DNA of 64,000 nucleotides from an uncultured Reyranella sp. (lineage in GTDB: Bacteria > Pseudomonadota > Alphaproteobacteria > Reyranellales > Reyranellaceae). The position numbers were made by a program, and so were the translations under genes. This document shows, piece after piece, positions 37,688 through 47,109 of the stretch. The notes below the pieces were generated by a model that saw nothing but the letters and a program-made list of their open reading frames with translations, searched no databases and had not been told where the DNA came from. The stretch's first letter is position 1. Each line of letters opens with the position of its first letter. Location: contig CAZHQA010000001.1 in the NCBI GenBank assembly GCA_964533955.1, positions 44 through 64,043 of the forward strand. The letters are read 5' to 3'.

Positions 37688-39910
37688 TCAAGCGGTTAGT
37701 GGCTTGAAAACCGAGAAGTTGGCGTCACCGTCACGCTTCACCTGAGGCACCAGATCGACCTCCCATTCGAGGTACTGGCGCATCGCCGCTTCGACGTCCT
37801 GCTTGAAGTCGTAGGGCCGATACCAGACGTCGGTCGGCGGATCGGCCATGCGCGTGTGGCCCGACTCCAGGGCGAGCCCCGCGTCGCGCCAGGCCTTCAT
37901 GCCGCCGGCCAGGATGGCGACCGGCACGGCCCCTGCCGCTTGGCTCGCCTCGGTCGCCGCGAGCGCCGCGATCTCGCCATCGGGCGACACCAGCACGATG
38001 CGCGCGACACCGGACTGCTTGGCCAGCATTTCGGGAATAGTCCTGGCCAGGCCAGCACGCACGGCGAACCAGGCGCCCGGCACGTGGCCATCGCGATATC
38101 GCAGGCTGGTGTCGAGATCGATCACCAGGCTCGAGCCCAGCGACTTGTCGAGCTCGCCGGCCGTCACCTGAGGCGCCGCCGGAACTGCAAAGCCGGCGGG
38201 GAATCGCGGCTCGGCCTCGGTGGTGAGCTCTCCGGCAGCCGGCTTGTGGTCGAGCACGTAGGTGTTCGCCCACTTCATCTGCAGCAGCCAGTGCGCCGTC
38301 ATGGTGGCGCGCACGCCGTCATTGTCGTGCAGCACGATGGTGGCGCCGCGCGCCCCGACATATTGGTCGGTCGCCTGGACGAGCTGGCCGCCCGCGGCAT
38401 GGCGGAAGCCCTTGAGGTGACCTTGTGCGTATTCGGCGGGATCGCGCACATCGAGCCGGTGGATCGCGCCGCCCTTCGCCTCGAGCGCGCGCAGGCCCGC
38501 CATGTCGATTTTCCTGATCGCCATGCGCCTGGCGATGTTGGCCGCCGCGCTCTGGGCGAACTTCGCGGCTTCCGGCCCCTGCGGGCCAAACGACTTCGTT
38601 TCGCCGCGCGCCACTTTCAGGCCCGCGAGGTGCCAGCCCATGGTGCCGTTCTTCAGCGCCATCACCTTGTTGGGCAGGCCGGCGTTGATCAGCGACTGCG
38701 CGCCGATGATGGAGCGCGTGCGGCCCGCGCAATTCACCACCACGAGCGTCTTGGGATCGGGCGCGAAGTCCTTCACGCGGTAGACCAGCTCGGCGCCCGG
38801 GCAGTCGATGCCGCCGGGGATCGACATGTTGTTGAATTCCGGCATCGGCCGGGAATCGAGGATCACCATGTCGGCCTTGGAATCGATCAGCTTCTGGACG
38901 TCGGCGGCGTCGATGCGCGGCGTGTCGTTGTCGTGCTCGACGACCTCGCCGAACGCCTTCGAGGGGACATTGACGCCGGTGAACACCTCGTACCCTGCCT
39001 CGCGCCACGCCTTCAGGCCGCCGTTCATGACCGCGAGGTTGGTGTAGCCCATTTGCGAGAGCCGGGCGGCGGCGCGGTTGGCGCGGCCCGCCCATTGCGG
39101 ATCCTCGCCGGGTTCGCCGCTGTCCATCAGCACGATGCGGGTTGCGGGATCGGGCAGCAGGGCGAAGGCCCGCGGCTCGAGCCGCGACAGCGGCAAGGGC
39201 GTGGCGAACAGCGGATGGCCCTTGATCGAGAACTCGCCTTCCTCGCGCACGTCGAAGAAGGCGAAGACCTCGCCCGACTTCAGCATCGCCTTGACCTGCT
39301 GCACGCCGAGCAGCGGCGTCAGGATCTTGGCGCGTGCCATGAAGCGCTTGGCTGCACCGGTTGCCATGTCGACGCTGACGCGGTCGGGCAGGTGCTCGAG
39401 GCTCAGCCCGTAGAAATGCAGGTGAAGCGCAGTGCCCGAGCCGGCGGGTGTCTCGATGTGATGGAAGTCGTCCGGCAGGTAGGCGATGAAGTCTCCATTC
39501 CGGAGCGTCTTTTCCTTGGCGGCGTTCTCGCGCAGCTGGGCGAAGTCGGCGCGCGCCCCGTTGTCGAGACGGTCGTAGACCACATTGCGCTCGGCGCCAT
39601 GGACGCCGGCAATCACCGCCCAGGTCGTGTGATTGTGCGGCGGCACCTTCTTGCCGGGCCCGCCGGCCGAGGCATAGAGCGCAAATCGATGGTCGGGGTC
39701 CTCGCTCAGGCGGTAGATGCCGCCGTCGGATCCGAGCGGGAACTCGTCCTGCGGGAAGAGGTCGGCGCGCCGCGCCAACCCCGCGAGCAAACCGCCGATC
39801 TTGTCGAGACTGACGGTGGTGACGCCGGCCTTCTCGATTTCGCGGGCCTGATCGACAAGATGCCGAACGGCGCGCGCGCGTTCCTGATCCACACTCGGGT
39901 GCGAGGTCAT
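37688..39910 (-). CDS. fusion protein: cysteine-dioxygenase-like cupin + four rhodanese domains (one with catalytic Cys)
   Basis: GGAGG precedes ATG 39910. The N-terminal 200 aa or so carry PPHNHTTWAVIAGVHG and DDFHHIETP (3-His cupin pattern as in the CDO-like gene at 41913). Four rhodanese-like repeats follow. Only the second has an active-site loop (VVVNCAGRTRS). The others have Asp at that position (LMDSGEPG, LHDNDGVR, LVSPDGEI). Confidence 0.85.
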   Translation of the reverse strand: MTSHPSVDQERARAVRHLVDQAREIEKAGVTTVSLDKIGGLLAGLARRADLFPQDEFPLGSDGGIYRLSEDPDHRFALYASAGGPGKKVPPHNHTTWAVIAGVHGAERNVVYDRLDNGARADFAQLRENAAKEKTLRNGDFIAYLPDDFHHIETPAGSGTALHLHFYGLSLEHLPDRVSVDMATGAAKRFMARAKILTPLLGVQQVKAMLKSGEVFAFFDVREEGEFSIKGHPLFATPLPLSRLEPRAFALLPDPATRIVLMDSGEPGEDPQWAGRANRAAARLSQMGYTNLAVMNGGLKAWREAGYEVFTGVNVPSKAFGEVVEHDNDTPRIDAADVQKLIDSKADMVILDSRPMPEFNNMSIPGGIDCPGAELVYRVKDFAPDPKTLVVVNCAGRTRSIIGAQSLINAGLPNKVMALKNGTMGWHLAGLKVARGETKSFGPQGPEAAKFAQSAAANIARRMAIRKIDMAGLRALEAKGGAIHRLDVRDPAEYAQGHLKGFRHAAGGQLVQATDQYVGARGATIVLHDNDGVRATMTAHWLLQMKWANTYVLDHKPAAGELTTEAEPRFPAGFAVPAAPQVTAGELDKSLGSSLVIDLDTSLRYRDGHVPGAWFAVRAGLARTIPEMLAKQSGVARIVLVSPDGEIAALAATEASQAAGAVPVAILAGGMKAWRDAGLALESGHTRMADPPTDVWYRPYDFKQDVEAAMRQYLEWEVDLVPQVKRDGDANFSVFKPLTA

Positions 39911-40071
39911 TGGGGTCCTCCGTATGGCTCAGTATAGCCCCGCGCTCTTCTCGGCACAGGACAAGTCGAACACGATGCCCCTTAGGTCGAGGCGCCTTGG
40001 ACGGCGCCTTTCCGAGCGGGTGGAACCGCCCTGCGGTTTCACTTGCCCGGAAGCTGCGCTAGGCTCGGATC

Positions 40072-41898
40072 ATGAAACAGATCGTGCGTGTGGTCATGGT
40101 GGGGGCCCTGGCCACGTTCGTCGCTTCTTCCCAGGCCCAGACCCAGACCAAGCCGCCGCCCAAGCCGGCTGCAGCCGCGCCGGTGGCCCGTGCCGCGCCG
40201 CGCCCGCTGGTCCGCCATCCGGTGTTCGTGCCGGCACCGCCGGTCATCGAGCTCGACGAGATGGCGGTCGTGCCCGATCTGCCGACCGTGCTGAGCGCCG
40301 AGGATCGCGACCGCTATCGCCGCATCTTCCAGGCCCAGGCCGCCAACCAGTGGGCCCAGGCCGATGCCGAGATCGGACAGCTCGGGGACAAGACGCTGAT
40401 GGGCTATGTCGGCGCGCAACGGATGTTGGCCACGGGCTATCCGGCGCGCTACGACCAGCTCGCGGCCTGGCTGCAGGATTACAACGATCATCCCGATGCG
40501 CCGGCGATCTACCGGCTGGCGGTCGCCCGCCGCACGCCCGGCGGCGCCGAGCTGACGCCGGCGAGTTTCGTCAGCAACGCCCCGCTTTCGCCGAGCTTCG
40601 CGGCCGCCCGCACCGTGACCGGCGCCGACGCCGCTCGCGCCGCCGAACTGCGGGCCCGCCTGCAGCAGATGGCCGATGACGGCGGCTACAACGCCGCCTT
40701 CGCGCTGCTCGACCGCAAGTCGACGGCCGATCTTCTGGGGCCGCAGGAGGTCGAGCTGTGGCGCGGCCGCATCCGCACCCGCGCGCTCGAGGCCGATTCG
40801 CAGCGCAGCATGCAGGTGCCGGTCGATATCAGCATGCCGCCCGACGCCAACTGGAATGCCGCTCTCTCTGCCTTCGTGGCGGGCAACATGGCCGAGGCGG
40901 CGCGCCGCTTCGAGCTGGTGGCCGACGCGGCTCCCGACCAGGCGTCGTCCTGGACGCTGGCGGCCGGTGCCTTCTGGGCGGGGCGGGCCAACCTGCTGGC
41001 CGGCAACCCGCAGAAGTTCGCGCCCTTTCTCAAGCGTGCCGCCCTGCACGGCCGCACGTTCCATGGCCTGATCGCCCAGAAGGCGCTCGGCATGAAGACC
41101 GCGGCCGACTGGAACGTGCCGGCGATCGACCGCAAGCGCGTCGACATCCTGAAGAACGATCGCGTCGGCAGGCGGGCGCTGGCGCTGCTGCAGCTCGGCG
41201 CGCAAACCGCCGCGGAGCGCGAGCTCTACGCCGCCTCGCTCGACGCCGATCCGCAATACATCGAGGCGGTGCTGGCGCTCGCCAACAAGGCGGTGCTGCC
41301 CGGCCTCTCGGTGCGGGTCGGCAATGCCGCATGGGACCAGCGGCACAAGATCGCCGGCTATGACGGGGCGATGTACCCGCTGCCGCCGTGGCAGCCGGCC
41401 GCCGGCTTCACGCTCGACAAGGCGCTGGTCTACGGCTTCATGCGCCAGGAATCGGCGTTCAATCCCAAGGCGCGCTCCTATGTCGGCGCCATGGGCCTGA
41501 TGCAGCTGATGCCGCAGACGGCGCGAATCGTGGCGGCGCGTTATGCTCCCGAGGCGCAGGGCGGCAATCCGTATGATCCGTCGGTCAACATGTCGCTCGG
41601 CCAGGGCTACATCGCCTCGCTGCTGAGCGATGCCGACAACAACCTGGTGCGCACCGTGGCGGGCTACAATGGCGGGCCGGGCAACGTGATGCGGTGGGAC
41701 AACACGCTGAACGCATCGGCCGACCCGCTGCTGTACGTCGCCTCGATCCCGCTCAACGAGACGCGCGACTTCGTGCAGCGCGTGCTGACGAACTACTGGA
41801 TGTACCAGATCCGGCTCGGCCAGCCGACGCCGTCGCTCGACCAGATCGCGGCCCACGAATGGCCGCGCTACAACCCGCAGGACGGCGCGCGCCGCTAG
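40072..41898 (+). CDS. soluble lytic murein transglycosylase (SLT domain)
   Basis: Signal peptide MKQIVRVVMVGALATFVASSQA, a helical superhelix region, and the catalytic GFMRQESAFNPKARSYVGAMGLMQLMPQTA. Confidence 0.88.
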   Translation: MKQIVRVVMVGALATFVASSQAQTQTKPPPKPAAAAPVARAAPRPLVRHPVFVPAPPVIELDEMAVVPDLPTVLSAEDRDRYRRIFQAQAANQWAQADAEIGQLGDKTLMGYVGAQRMLATGYPARYDQLAAWLQDYNDHPDAPAIYRLAVARRTPGGAELTPASFVSNAPLSPSFAAARTVTGADAARAAELRARLQQMADDGGYNAAFALLDRKSTADLLGPQEVELWRGRIRTRALEADSQRSMQVPVDISMPPDANWNAALSAFVAGNMAEAARRFELVADAAPDQASSWTLAAGAFWAGRANLLAGNPQKFAPFLKRAALHGRTFHGLIAQKALGMKTAADWNVPAIDRKRVDILKNDRVGRRALALLQLGAQTAAERELYAASLDADPQYIEAVLALANKAVLPGLSVRVGNAAWDQRHKIAGYDGAMYPLPPWQPAAGFTLDKALVYGFMRQESAFNPKARSYVGAMGLMQLMPQTARIVAARYAPEAQGGNPYDPSVNMSLGQGYIASLLSDADNNLVRTVAGYNGGPGNVMRWDNTLNASADPLLYVASIPLNETRDFVQRVLTNYWMYQIRLGQPTPSLDQIAAHEWPRYNPQDGARR

Positions 41899-41912
41899 GC
41901 GCCGGCTCCTGA

Positions 41913-42524
41913 ATGGACTGCACCCGCCTTCGCCGCTTCATCGCCGATATGACGTCGCTGACGGGGGGCGCCTGGCAGGACAAGGATGAGGCAGTGACCG
42001 TCGAGGTCGGCGCCGGGCTGCTGGGAGAGCTGGTCAGTCACGACGACTGGTTACCGGAGGAGATGGCCAAGGGGCCGACGCGGGGCTATGCCCAGAACCT
42101 CCTGTGGTGTGATCCGTTCGAGCGATTCTCGGTGGTCAGCTTCGTGTGGGCGCCTGGCGCAAGGACGCCGATACACGATCACCAGGTCTGGGGTCTCGTT
42201 GGCATGCTGCGCGGCGTGGAGATCTCGCAGGCCTTCACGCGCGACCCGGCGAGCGGTGCTCTGGTCAACGGCATGGCTACCGTGCTCGAGCCCGGCAGTG
42301 TCGAAATACTGCGGCCGGCGCTGGGCGACATTCATCAGGTGAGCAACGCGCTTGCAGCCGCCTGCTCGATCAGTATTCACGTCTACGGCGGCAACATCGG
42401 CGCCGTGCGCCGCTTCGCTTTCGAGCCGGAGAGCGGCGAGCCCAAGCTCTTCGTCTCAGGTTACACCAACACCGTCGTGCCCAACTACTGGGACCGCTCG
42501 GTGGGGGCGCGTTCTGAGACTTAG
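41913..42524 (+). CDS. cysteine dioxygenase type I-family thiol dioxygenase (CDO/3-mercaptopropionate dioxygenase-like)
   Basis: TPIHDHQVWGLVGMLRG (H-x-H), GDIHQVSN (third His) and SIHVYGGNIG. Length 203 aa. Confidence 0.8.
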   Translation: MDCTRLRRFIADMTSLTGGAWQDKDEAVTVEVGAGLLGELVSHDDWLPEEMAKGPTRGYAQNLLWCDPFERFSVVSFVWAPGARTPIHDHQVWGLVGMLRGVEISQAFTRDPASGALVNGMATVLEPGSVEILRPALGDIHQVSNALAAACSISIHVYGGNIGAVRRFAFEPESGEPKLFVSGYTNTVVPNYWDRSVGARSET

Positions 42525-42985
42525 TGCTTGTGCGGATGCGGGTGGGTCGGGTCGACCCAGTAGACCGTTTCCGGCTTCTCGACCGGCTCGACGTCGATGT
42601 TGATGGCGACCGCCTCGTTGTCGGAGCGGACCAGAACGCATTCCAGCGCCTCGGTGTCCGAGGCGTTGATTTCCTGGTGCGGCACGTAGGGTGGCACGTA
42701 GATGAAGTCGCCCGGACCGGCCTCGGCCGTGAACTGCAGCTTGTCGCCCCAGCGCATGCGGGCGCGCCCCTTGACGACGTAGATCACGCTCTCGAGGTGC
42801 CCGTGATGATGCGCCCCGGTCTTGGCGTGGGCATGGATGGTGACGGTACCGGCCCACAGCTTCTGCGCGCCGACGCGGGCGAAGTTGATCGCCGCGGCCC
42901 GGTTCATGCCGGGCGTCTGGGCGGTGTTGGTGTCGAGGGAGCCGGCGGGGATGACCCGCACGCCGTCGTTCTTCCAGTCGGTCAT
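42521..42985 (-). CDS. cupin-domain protein with His-rich C-terminal tail
   Basis: HHHGHLESVIYVVKG...GDFIYVPPYVPHQE cupin motifs and the tail DPTHPHPHKH. Its stop codon overlaps that of the convergent CDO-like gene (TTAG). Confidence 0.8.
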   Translation of the reverse strand: MTDWKNDGVRVIPAGSLDTNTAQTPGMNRAAAINFARVGAQKLWAGTVTIHAHAKTGAHHHGHLESVIYVVKGRARMRWGDKLQFTAEAGPGDFIYVPPYVPHQEINASDTEALECVLVRSDNEAVAINIDVEPVEKPETVYWVDPTHPHPHKH

Positions 42986-43043
42986 GGCCCTGATTTAGGG
43001 CCGACGCCTCGCCTCATCAAGCGAGGATCGTTAGAATGACCGC

Positions 43044-43592
43044 ATGAACAAAATCGACGAAACTAGGCCCTTCAAGCCGGTCAACATCGCCGTGCTGACG
43101 GTTTCCGACACCCGCACGCCGGAGACCGACAAGTCGGGCGATACCCTGGTCGAGCGCATCAAGCGCGACGGTCACGTGCTGGTCGACCGCGCCATCGTGA
43201 CCGACGACGTCGACAGAATTCGCGCCCAGGTACGGAAGTGGATCGACGATCCCCGGATCGAGGCGGTGATCAGCACCGGCGGCACCGGCGTGACCGGCCG
43301 CGACGTTACCCCGGAGGCGCTGGAAGGCCTGTTCGAGAAGAAGATCGAGGGCTTCGGCGAGACGTTCCGCTGGATCAGCTTCCAGAAGATCGGCACCTCG
43401 ACCATGCAGAGCCGGGCCACCGCCGGTGTCGCCAACGGCACCTACATCTTCGCGCTGCCCGGCTCGACCGGCGCCTGCAAGGACGGCTGGGACGACATCC
43501 TGCGCCAGCAGCTCGACATCCGCTTCCGGCCCTGCAACTTCGCCGAGCTGATGCCGCGGCTCAACGAAGGCAAGACGCCGCGCAGTGGCTGA
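43044..43592 (+). CDS. moaB: molybdenum cofactor biosynthesis protein B
   Basis: MoaB/MogA fold motifs VLTVSDTR and ISTGGTGVTGRDVTPEA. Length 182 aa. Confidence 0.88.
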   Translation: MNKIDETRPFKPVNIAVLTVSDTRTPETDKSGDTLVERIKRDGHVLVDRAIVTDDVDRIRAQVRKWIDDPRIEAVISTGGTGVTGRDVTPEALEGLFEKKIEGFGETFRWISFQKIGTSTMQSRATAGVANGTYIFALPGSTGACKDGWDDILRQQLDIRFRPCNFAELMPRLNEGKTPRSG

Positions 43593-43634
43593 TCTCTTCT
43601 CGTGCTGGGGGCGCGCCACTCCAGTGGCGCGTTC

Positions 43635-44669
43635 ATGTCTCTCGAGAAGACGCGCCCCTGGAGTGGCGCGTCCTCCGCCATGACCGACGATTTCCTCGCC
43701 GCGTTGCGGGCCGGCCACGCGTTGCCCAGGACCGGCACGGCGCATGGTCATGTCCGGCTGGCCGACGGCCGATTGGCGAGGGTCGCCTACGCTCACGACA
43801 ACGATCCGACGGCGGCGGCGCGGCTCCACGTTCAGGCGGAGGCGTTTCGCCATCTCCAGCCGGCGGCGCGCACGCCCCGCCTGCACGAGGTGATCGAGCC
43901 GGGTACCGGATTGCCGGGCGGCGCCTTGATCGTGGATTTTATCGAAGGCCGCCCGCCGCATCTGCCGCAAGAGCTGCACGCGATGGCGGAAACGTTGGCG
44001 AAGATCCATGCGCTGCCTTTGCCGGCAGCAGGCTCGCCGCTCCCGCGCCAGGACAATCCCTTTCTGCAAACACTCGAGACGATCGAACTCGCCGCCCTGC
44101 GCTTCCTCGACAAGGCGGTACCCGACGCCGCCTCTCGCGCCGAGATCGCCGAAGAGCTGCGCGCCATGCGCACCATGTCGCTGGCTTTCGGCCGGCAGGC
44201 GCAGCCGCTGACGGTCTCGCTCGCCGACACCCATCCCGGCAACTTCGTCGTCGACCGCACCGGCATCGCCTGGTTCGTCGATCTCGAGAAGGTGCACGTC
44301 GGTTCCGCCGCCATCGATCTTGCCCACGCGACCTTGCCGACCTCGACGTTGTGGCATTCGTCTGATGCCAAGGCTTTGTCGCGCGACGAGGTGTGCGGTT
44401 TCTACGACGCCTATCTCGGCCTGGTCGGGAAGAAGGCGGCAGAGGCGCAGCGACCCTGGCTGGTGCCGATGCGCCGGCTCACCTGGCTGCGCACCACTTT
44501 GTTCATGGCGCGCTGGCGGGTTCAGACGCGCAGCCCGCGCGATCCCTCCGATCCGACGCAGTGGAGCGACGCGGGCCTCGAGCCCGAGATGCGGGTCCAG
44601 TACGACGCGCGCATCGACAAGGCATTCGATCGCGACGTGATCCGCGACATCCGCGCCGAATGGGCCTGA
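43635..44669 (+). CDS. aminoglycoside-phosphotransferase-fold kinase (APH/choline kinase family)
   Basis: Catalytic-loop-like ADTHPGNFVVD and WFVDLEKV (DxE/D metal site). The start is uncertain (ATG 43635; ORF-track start 43602). Confidence 0.7.
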   Translation: MSLEKTRPWSGASSAMTDDFLAALRAGHALPRTGTAHGHVRLADGRLARVAYAHDNDPTAAARLHVQAEAFRHLQPAARTPRLHEVIEPGTGLPGGALIVDFIEGRPPHLPQELHAMAETLAKIHALPLPAAGSPLPRQDNPFLQTLETIELAALRFLDKAVPDAASRAEIAEELRAMRTMSLAFGRQAQPLTVSLADTHPGNFVVDRTGIAWFVDLEKVHVGSAAIDLAHATLPTSTLWHSSDAKALSRDEVCGFYDAYLGLVGKKAAEAQRPWLVPMRRLTWLRTTLFMARWRVQTRSPRDPSDPTQWSDAGLEPEMRVQYDARIDKAFDRDVIRDIRAEWA

Positions 44670-44725
44670 CCACAAGGGCTAGTGGCTTGACTCGTTCCTG
44701 ATTTGTTCTAAGAGTCGGGCGTGCC

Positions 44726-45859
44726 ATGAAAAAGGACGGCGAGCCCCTCTATCCCGACGACGCCATCCCCGAGCCGGTGCACAAGGGGCGCGGCGCCTTG
44801 TCGAACGCCTCGAGCCGATACGACGACGAGAGGAAGATCCGCACCACCGACGGCTGGGACATCGACGACGAGCTGCCGCCGCTGCGCACCACGCTGACCC
44901 GTGACGCCACGCGCACCATTCTCGCGCGCAACACTTCGCCCGACGTGCCGTTCGACCGCTCGATCAATCCGTATCGCGGCTGCGAGCATGGCTGCATCTA
45001 TTGCTTCGCCCGTCCCACCCACGCCTATCTCGGCCTGTCGCCCGGCCTCGACTTCGAAACCAAGATCCTGTTCAAGCCCGACGCCGCACAACTGCTCACG
45101 GCCGAGCTCGCCGCGCCCAAGTACAAGCCCGACGTCGTGGCGATGGGCACCAACACCGATCCCTACCAGCCGGTCGAGCGCGAGCTCAAGATCACGCGCT
45201 CGATCCTGAAGGTGCTCTCGGAGTTCAACAATCCCGTCGGCATCGTCACCAAGAATCACCTGGTGACGCGCGACATCGACATCCTGGGCGACATGGCCAA
45301 GCGCAATCTCGCCGAAGTGTTTCTGTCGGTGACGACGCTCGACAGGGAACTGGCGCGGGACATGGAGCCCCGCGCCTCGGCCCCGCACCGCCGGCTCGAT
45401 GCCATCAAGGCGCTGGCCGACGCCGGCGTTCCGGTCGGCGTAATGACCGCGCCGATGATCCCCGGCCTCAACGACCACGAGATGGAGGCGATCCTCGAGA
45501 AGGCGACCGAGGCCGGCGCCACGCGCGCGGGCTTCACCGTCCTGCGCCTGCCGCTCGAGATCAAGGACCTGTTCGACGAATGGCTGCGCGCCAACCGGCC
45601 GGACCGCGCCGAGAAGGTGCTGTCGCTGATCCGCCAGATGCGCGGCGGGGCGCTCTATCAGGCCGAGTTCGGGCTGCGCATGCGGGGCGAGGGCCCGATC
45701 GCCCAGCTTCTCGCGGCGCGCTTCTCGGCCGCGGTCAAGCGGCTCGGCCTCAACAAGATCCGCTACCGGCTCGACACGCTGCGCTTTGCCGTGCCCGAGT
45801 CGGCGCGCACCGCGCTGGTCGATGCCAGGCGCGATGCCCGGCAGATGAAGCTGTTCTGA
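44726..45859 (+). CDS. radical SAM protein (PA0069-like family)
   Basis: YRGCEHGCIYCFARP (CxxxCxxC) and N-terminal KGRGALSNASSRY, typical of this family. Confidence 0.88.
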   Translation: MKKDGEPLYPDDAIPEPVHKGRGALSNASSRYDDERKIRTTDGWDIDDELPPLRTTLTRDATRTILARNTSPDVPFDRSINPYRGCEHGCIYCFARPTHAYLGLSPGLDFETKILFKPDAAQLLTAELAAPKYKPDVVAMGTNTDPYQPVERELKITRSILKVLSEFNNPVGIVTKNHLVTRDIDILGDMAKRNLAEVFLSVTTLDRELARDMEPRASAPHRRLDAIKALADAGVPVGVMTAPMIPGLNDHEMEAILEKATEAGATRAGFTVLRLPLEIKDLFDEWLRANRPDRAEKVLSLIRQMRGGALYQAEFGLRMRGEGPIAQLLAARFSAAVKRLGLNKIRYRLDTLRFAVPESARTALVDARRDARQMKLF

Positions 45860-45872
45860 GAGGAGAGAACCG

Positions 45873-46481
45873 ATGGCCGACGAACTCGTCTTCTACACCA
45901 ACCCGCAATCGCGAGGCCTCACCACGCACTGGATGTTGGAAGAAATTGGCTGTCCCTATCGGATGGAAGTGAAGGCCTATGGGCCGGAGATGAAGTCGCC
46001 CGACTACCTGGCGATCAACCCGATGGGCAAGGTGCCGGCGATCAAGCACGGCAATACCGTCGTGACCGAGACGGGCGCCATCCTCTGCTATCTCGCCGAC
46101 GCCTTTCCGGCGGCCAAGCTCGCACCGCCGGTGGGCGAGCGAGGCGCCTACTATCGCTGGCTGTTCTTCATCGTGGGCTGCGCCGAGCCTGCGATGAGCA
46201 ACAAGTCGGCCGGCTGGGATCCCTCGGACGAGATGACGCGCCGCTTCGGCTACGGCTCCTATCAACTCACCATGGACACGCTGGAGAAGGCGGTCACAGG
46301 CAAGTCCTGCATTGCCGCCGACCATTTCACTGCCGCCGATCTCTTCGCCGCCTCGTTCCTGAACTTCGGCATGAAGTTCAACGTCGTCGATAAGCGGCCG
46401 GCGTTCGAAGCCTATGTGAAGCCTCACGTCGAGCGACCGGCGTGGCAGAAGGTGATGAAGCAGTCTGGAATGGCCCTTTAG
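45873..46481 (+). CDS. glutathione S-transferase
   Basis: Thioredoxin-like N domain (LVFYTNPQSRGLTTHWMLEE, INPMGKVPAIKHG, ETGAILCYL) plus a helical C domain. Confidence 0.88.
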   Translation: MADELVFYTNPQSRGLTTHWMLEEIGCPYRMEVKAYGPEMKSPDYLAINPMGKVPAIKHGNTVVTETGAILCYLADAFPAAKLAPPVGERGAYYRWLFFIVGCAEPAMSNKSAGWDPSDEMTRRFGYGSYQLTMDTLEKAVTGKSCIAADHFTAADLFAASFLNFGMKFNVVDKRPAFEAYVKPHVERPAWQKVMKQSGMAL

Positions 46482-46492
46482 CCGCGCTGGAG

Positions 46493-46530
46493 CATGATTG
46501 GTTCGGCTGGAATCAGCCGAACCGATCATG
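46493..46530. repeat. palindromic intergenic repeat, copy B
   Basis: CATGATTGGTTCGGCTG-GAAT-CAGCCGAACCGATCATG forms a 17-bp stem (one G-U) between the convergent GST and nucleotidyltransferase genes. It has the same core as 26036-26067. Confidence 0.6.
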
Positions 46531-46539
46531 AACGCGTTG

Positions 46540-47079
46540 CTAGTCCGGAAATCGCACCCTGGGCCACAGCTCGCGCCAGCGCTTCTGCGCGATACGCTCC
46601 TCGTATTCGTCGCGCCGCGTGCGGCCGAAGGCGGTAGGCCGACAACAGAGGTTGACGAGGTCGTCGATGCCGAGCGGCGCAATCACGGTGAGACTGTCGT
46701 TGGGCTCCAGTCGCACGCCGACCGCCGTCACCGTCTCCAGCCAGTAGGTCATCGAGTCCGACGTGCTCTTGTGCTGCGGCAACCCCTTGGGAAGGTGCAT
46801 GCGCGCCTGGTTGCGTACCTGCCAGGGCGCCGGCAGCCGCGCCGCGAGACGCGCCTCGAAGGCCTGCTCGGTCTCCTTGGAGAGGTCCGCCGCGTCGTAA
46901 TAGAGCACGTCGATGTCGGCGGGCGGCCTCGGCGGCGAGATGCCGTGCAGATGGTCCCACACCCGATTGCGCACGAAGCCCGCGGCAATGCACCAGTCGG
47001 GCAGCCCGAGCGCGCGGACGGCACGAAGCTGTTCCATACCCACAGGGTCCTGCGCGATGATGGCGGCGATCAGGGACAT
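46540..47079 (-). CDS. nucleotidyltransferase-family protein (NTP_transf_6-like)
   Basis: PDWCIAAGFVRNRVWD and DIDVLYYD motifs. Length 179 aa. Confidence 0.75.
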   Translation of the reverse strand: MSLIAAIIAQDPVGMEQLRAVRALGLPDWCIAAGFVRNRVWDHLHGISPPRPPADIDVLYYDAADLSKETEQAFEARLAARLPAPWQVRNQARMHLPKGLPQHKSTSDSMTYWLETVTAVGVRLEPNDSLTVIAPLGIDDLVNLCCRPTAFGRTRRDEYEERIAQKRWRELWPRVRFPD

Positions 47080-47109
47080 CCGCCCACTCTACGCGTCGCG
47101 CCAGGGGAT

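Noticed and set aside
37856-39937. 693-aa plus-strand ORF
   Set aside because: It is antisense to the cupin-rhodanese gene and has no motifs. The same reasoning applies to 40039-41856, 43017-44675, 23515-25128, 8283-9938, 22370-23503, 56437-57855, 60111-61460 and similar ORFs.
46498-47109. N-terminal extension of the 408-aa ORF containing rnhB
   Set aside because: It is antisense to the nucleotidyltransferase gene and starts inside the palindromic repeat. RNase HII homology starts at ATG 47110.
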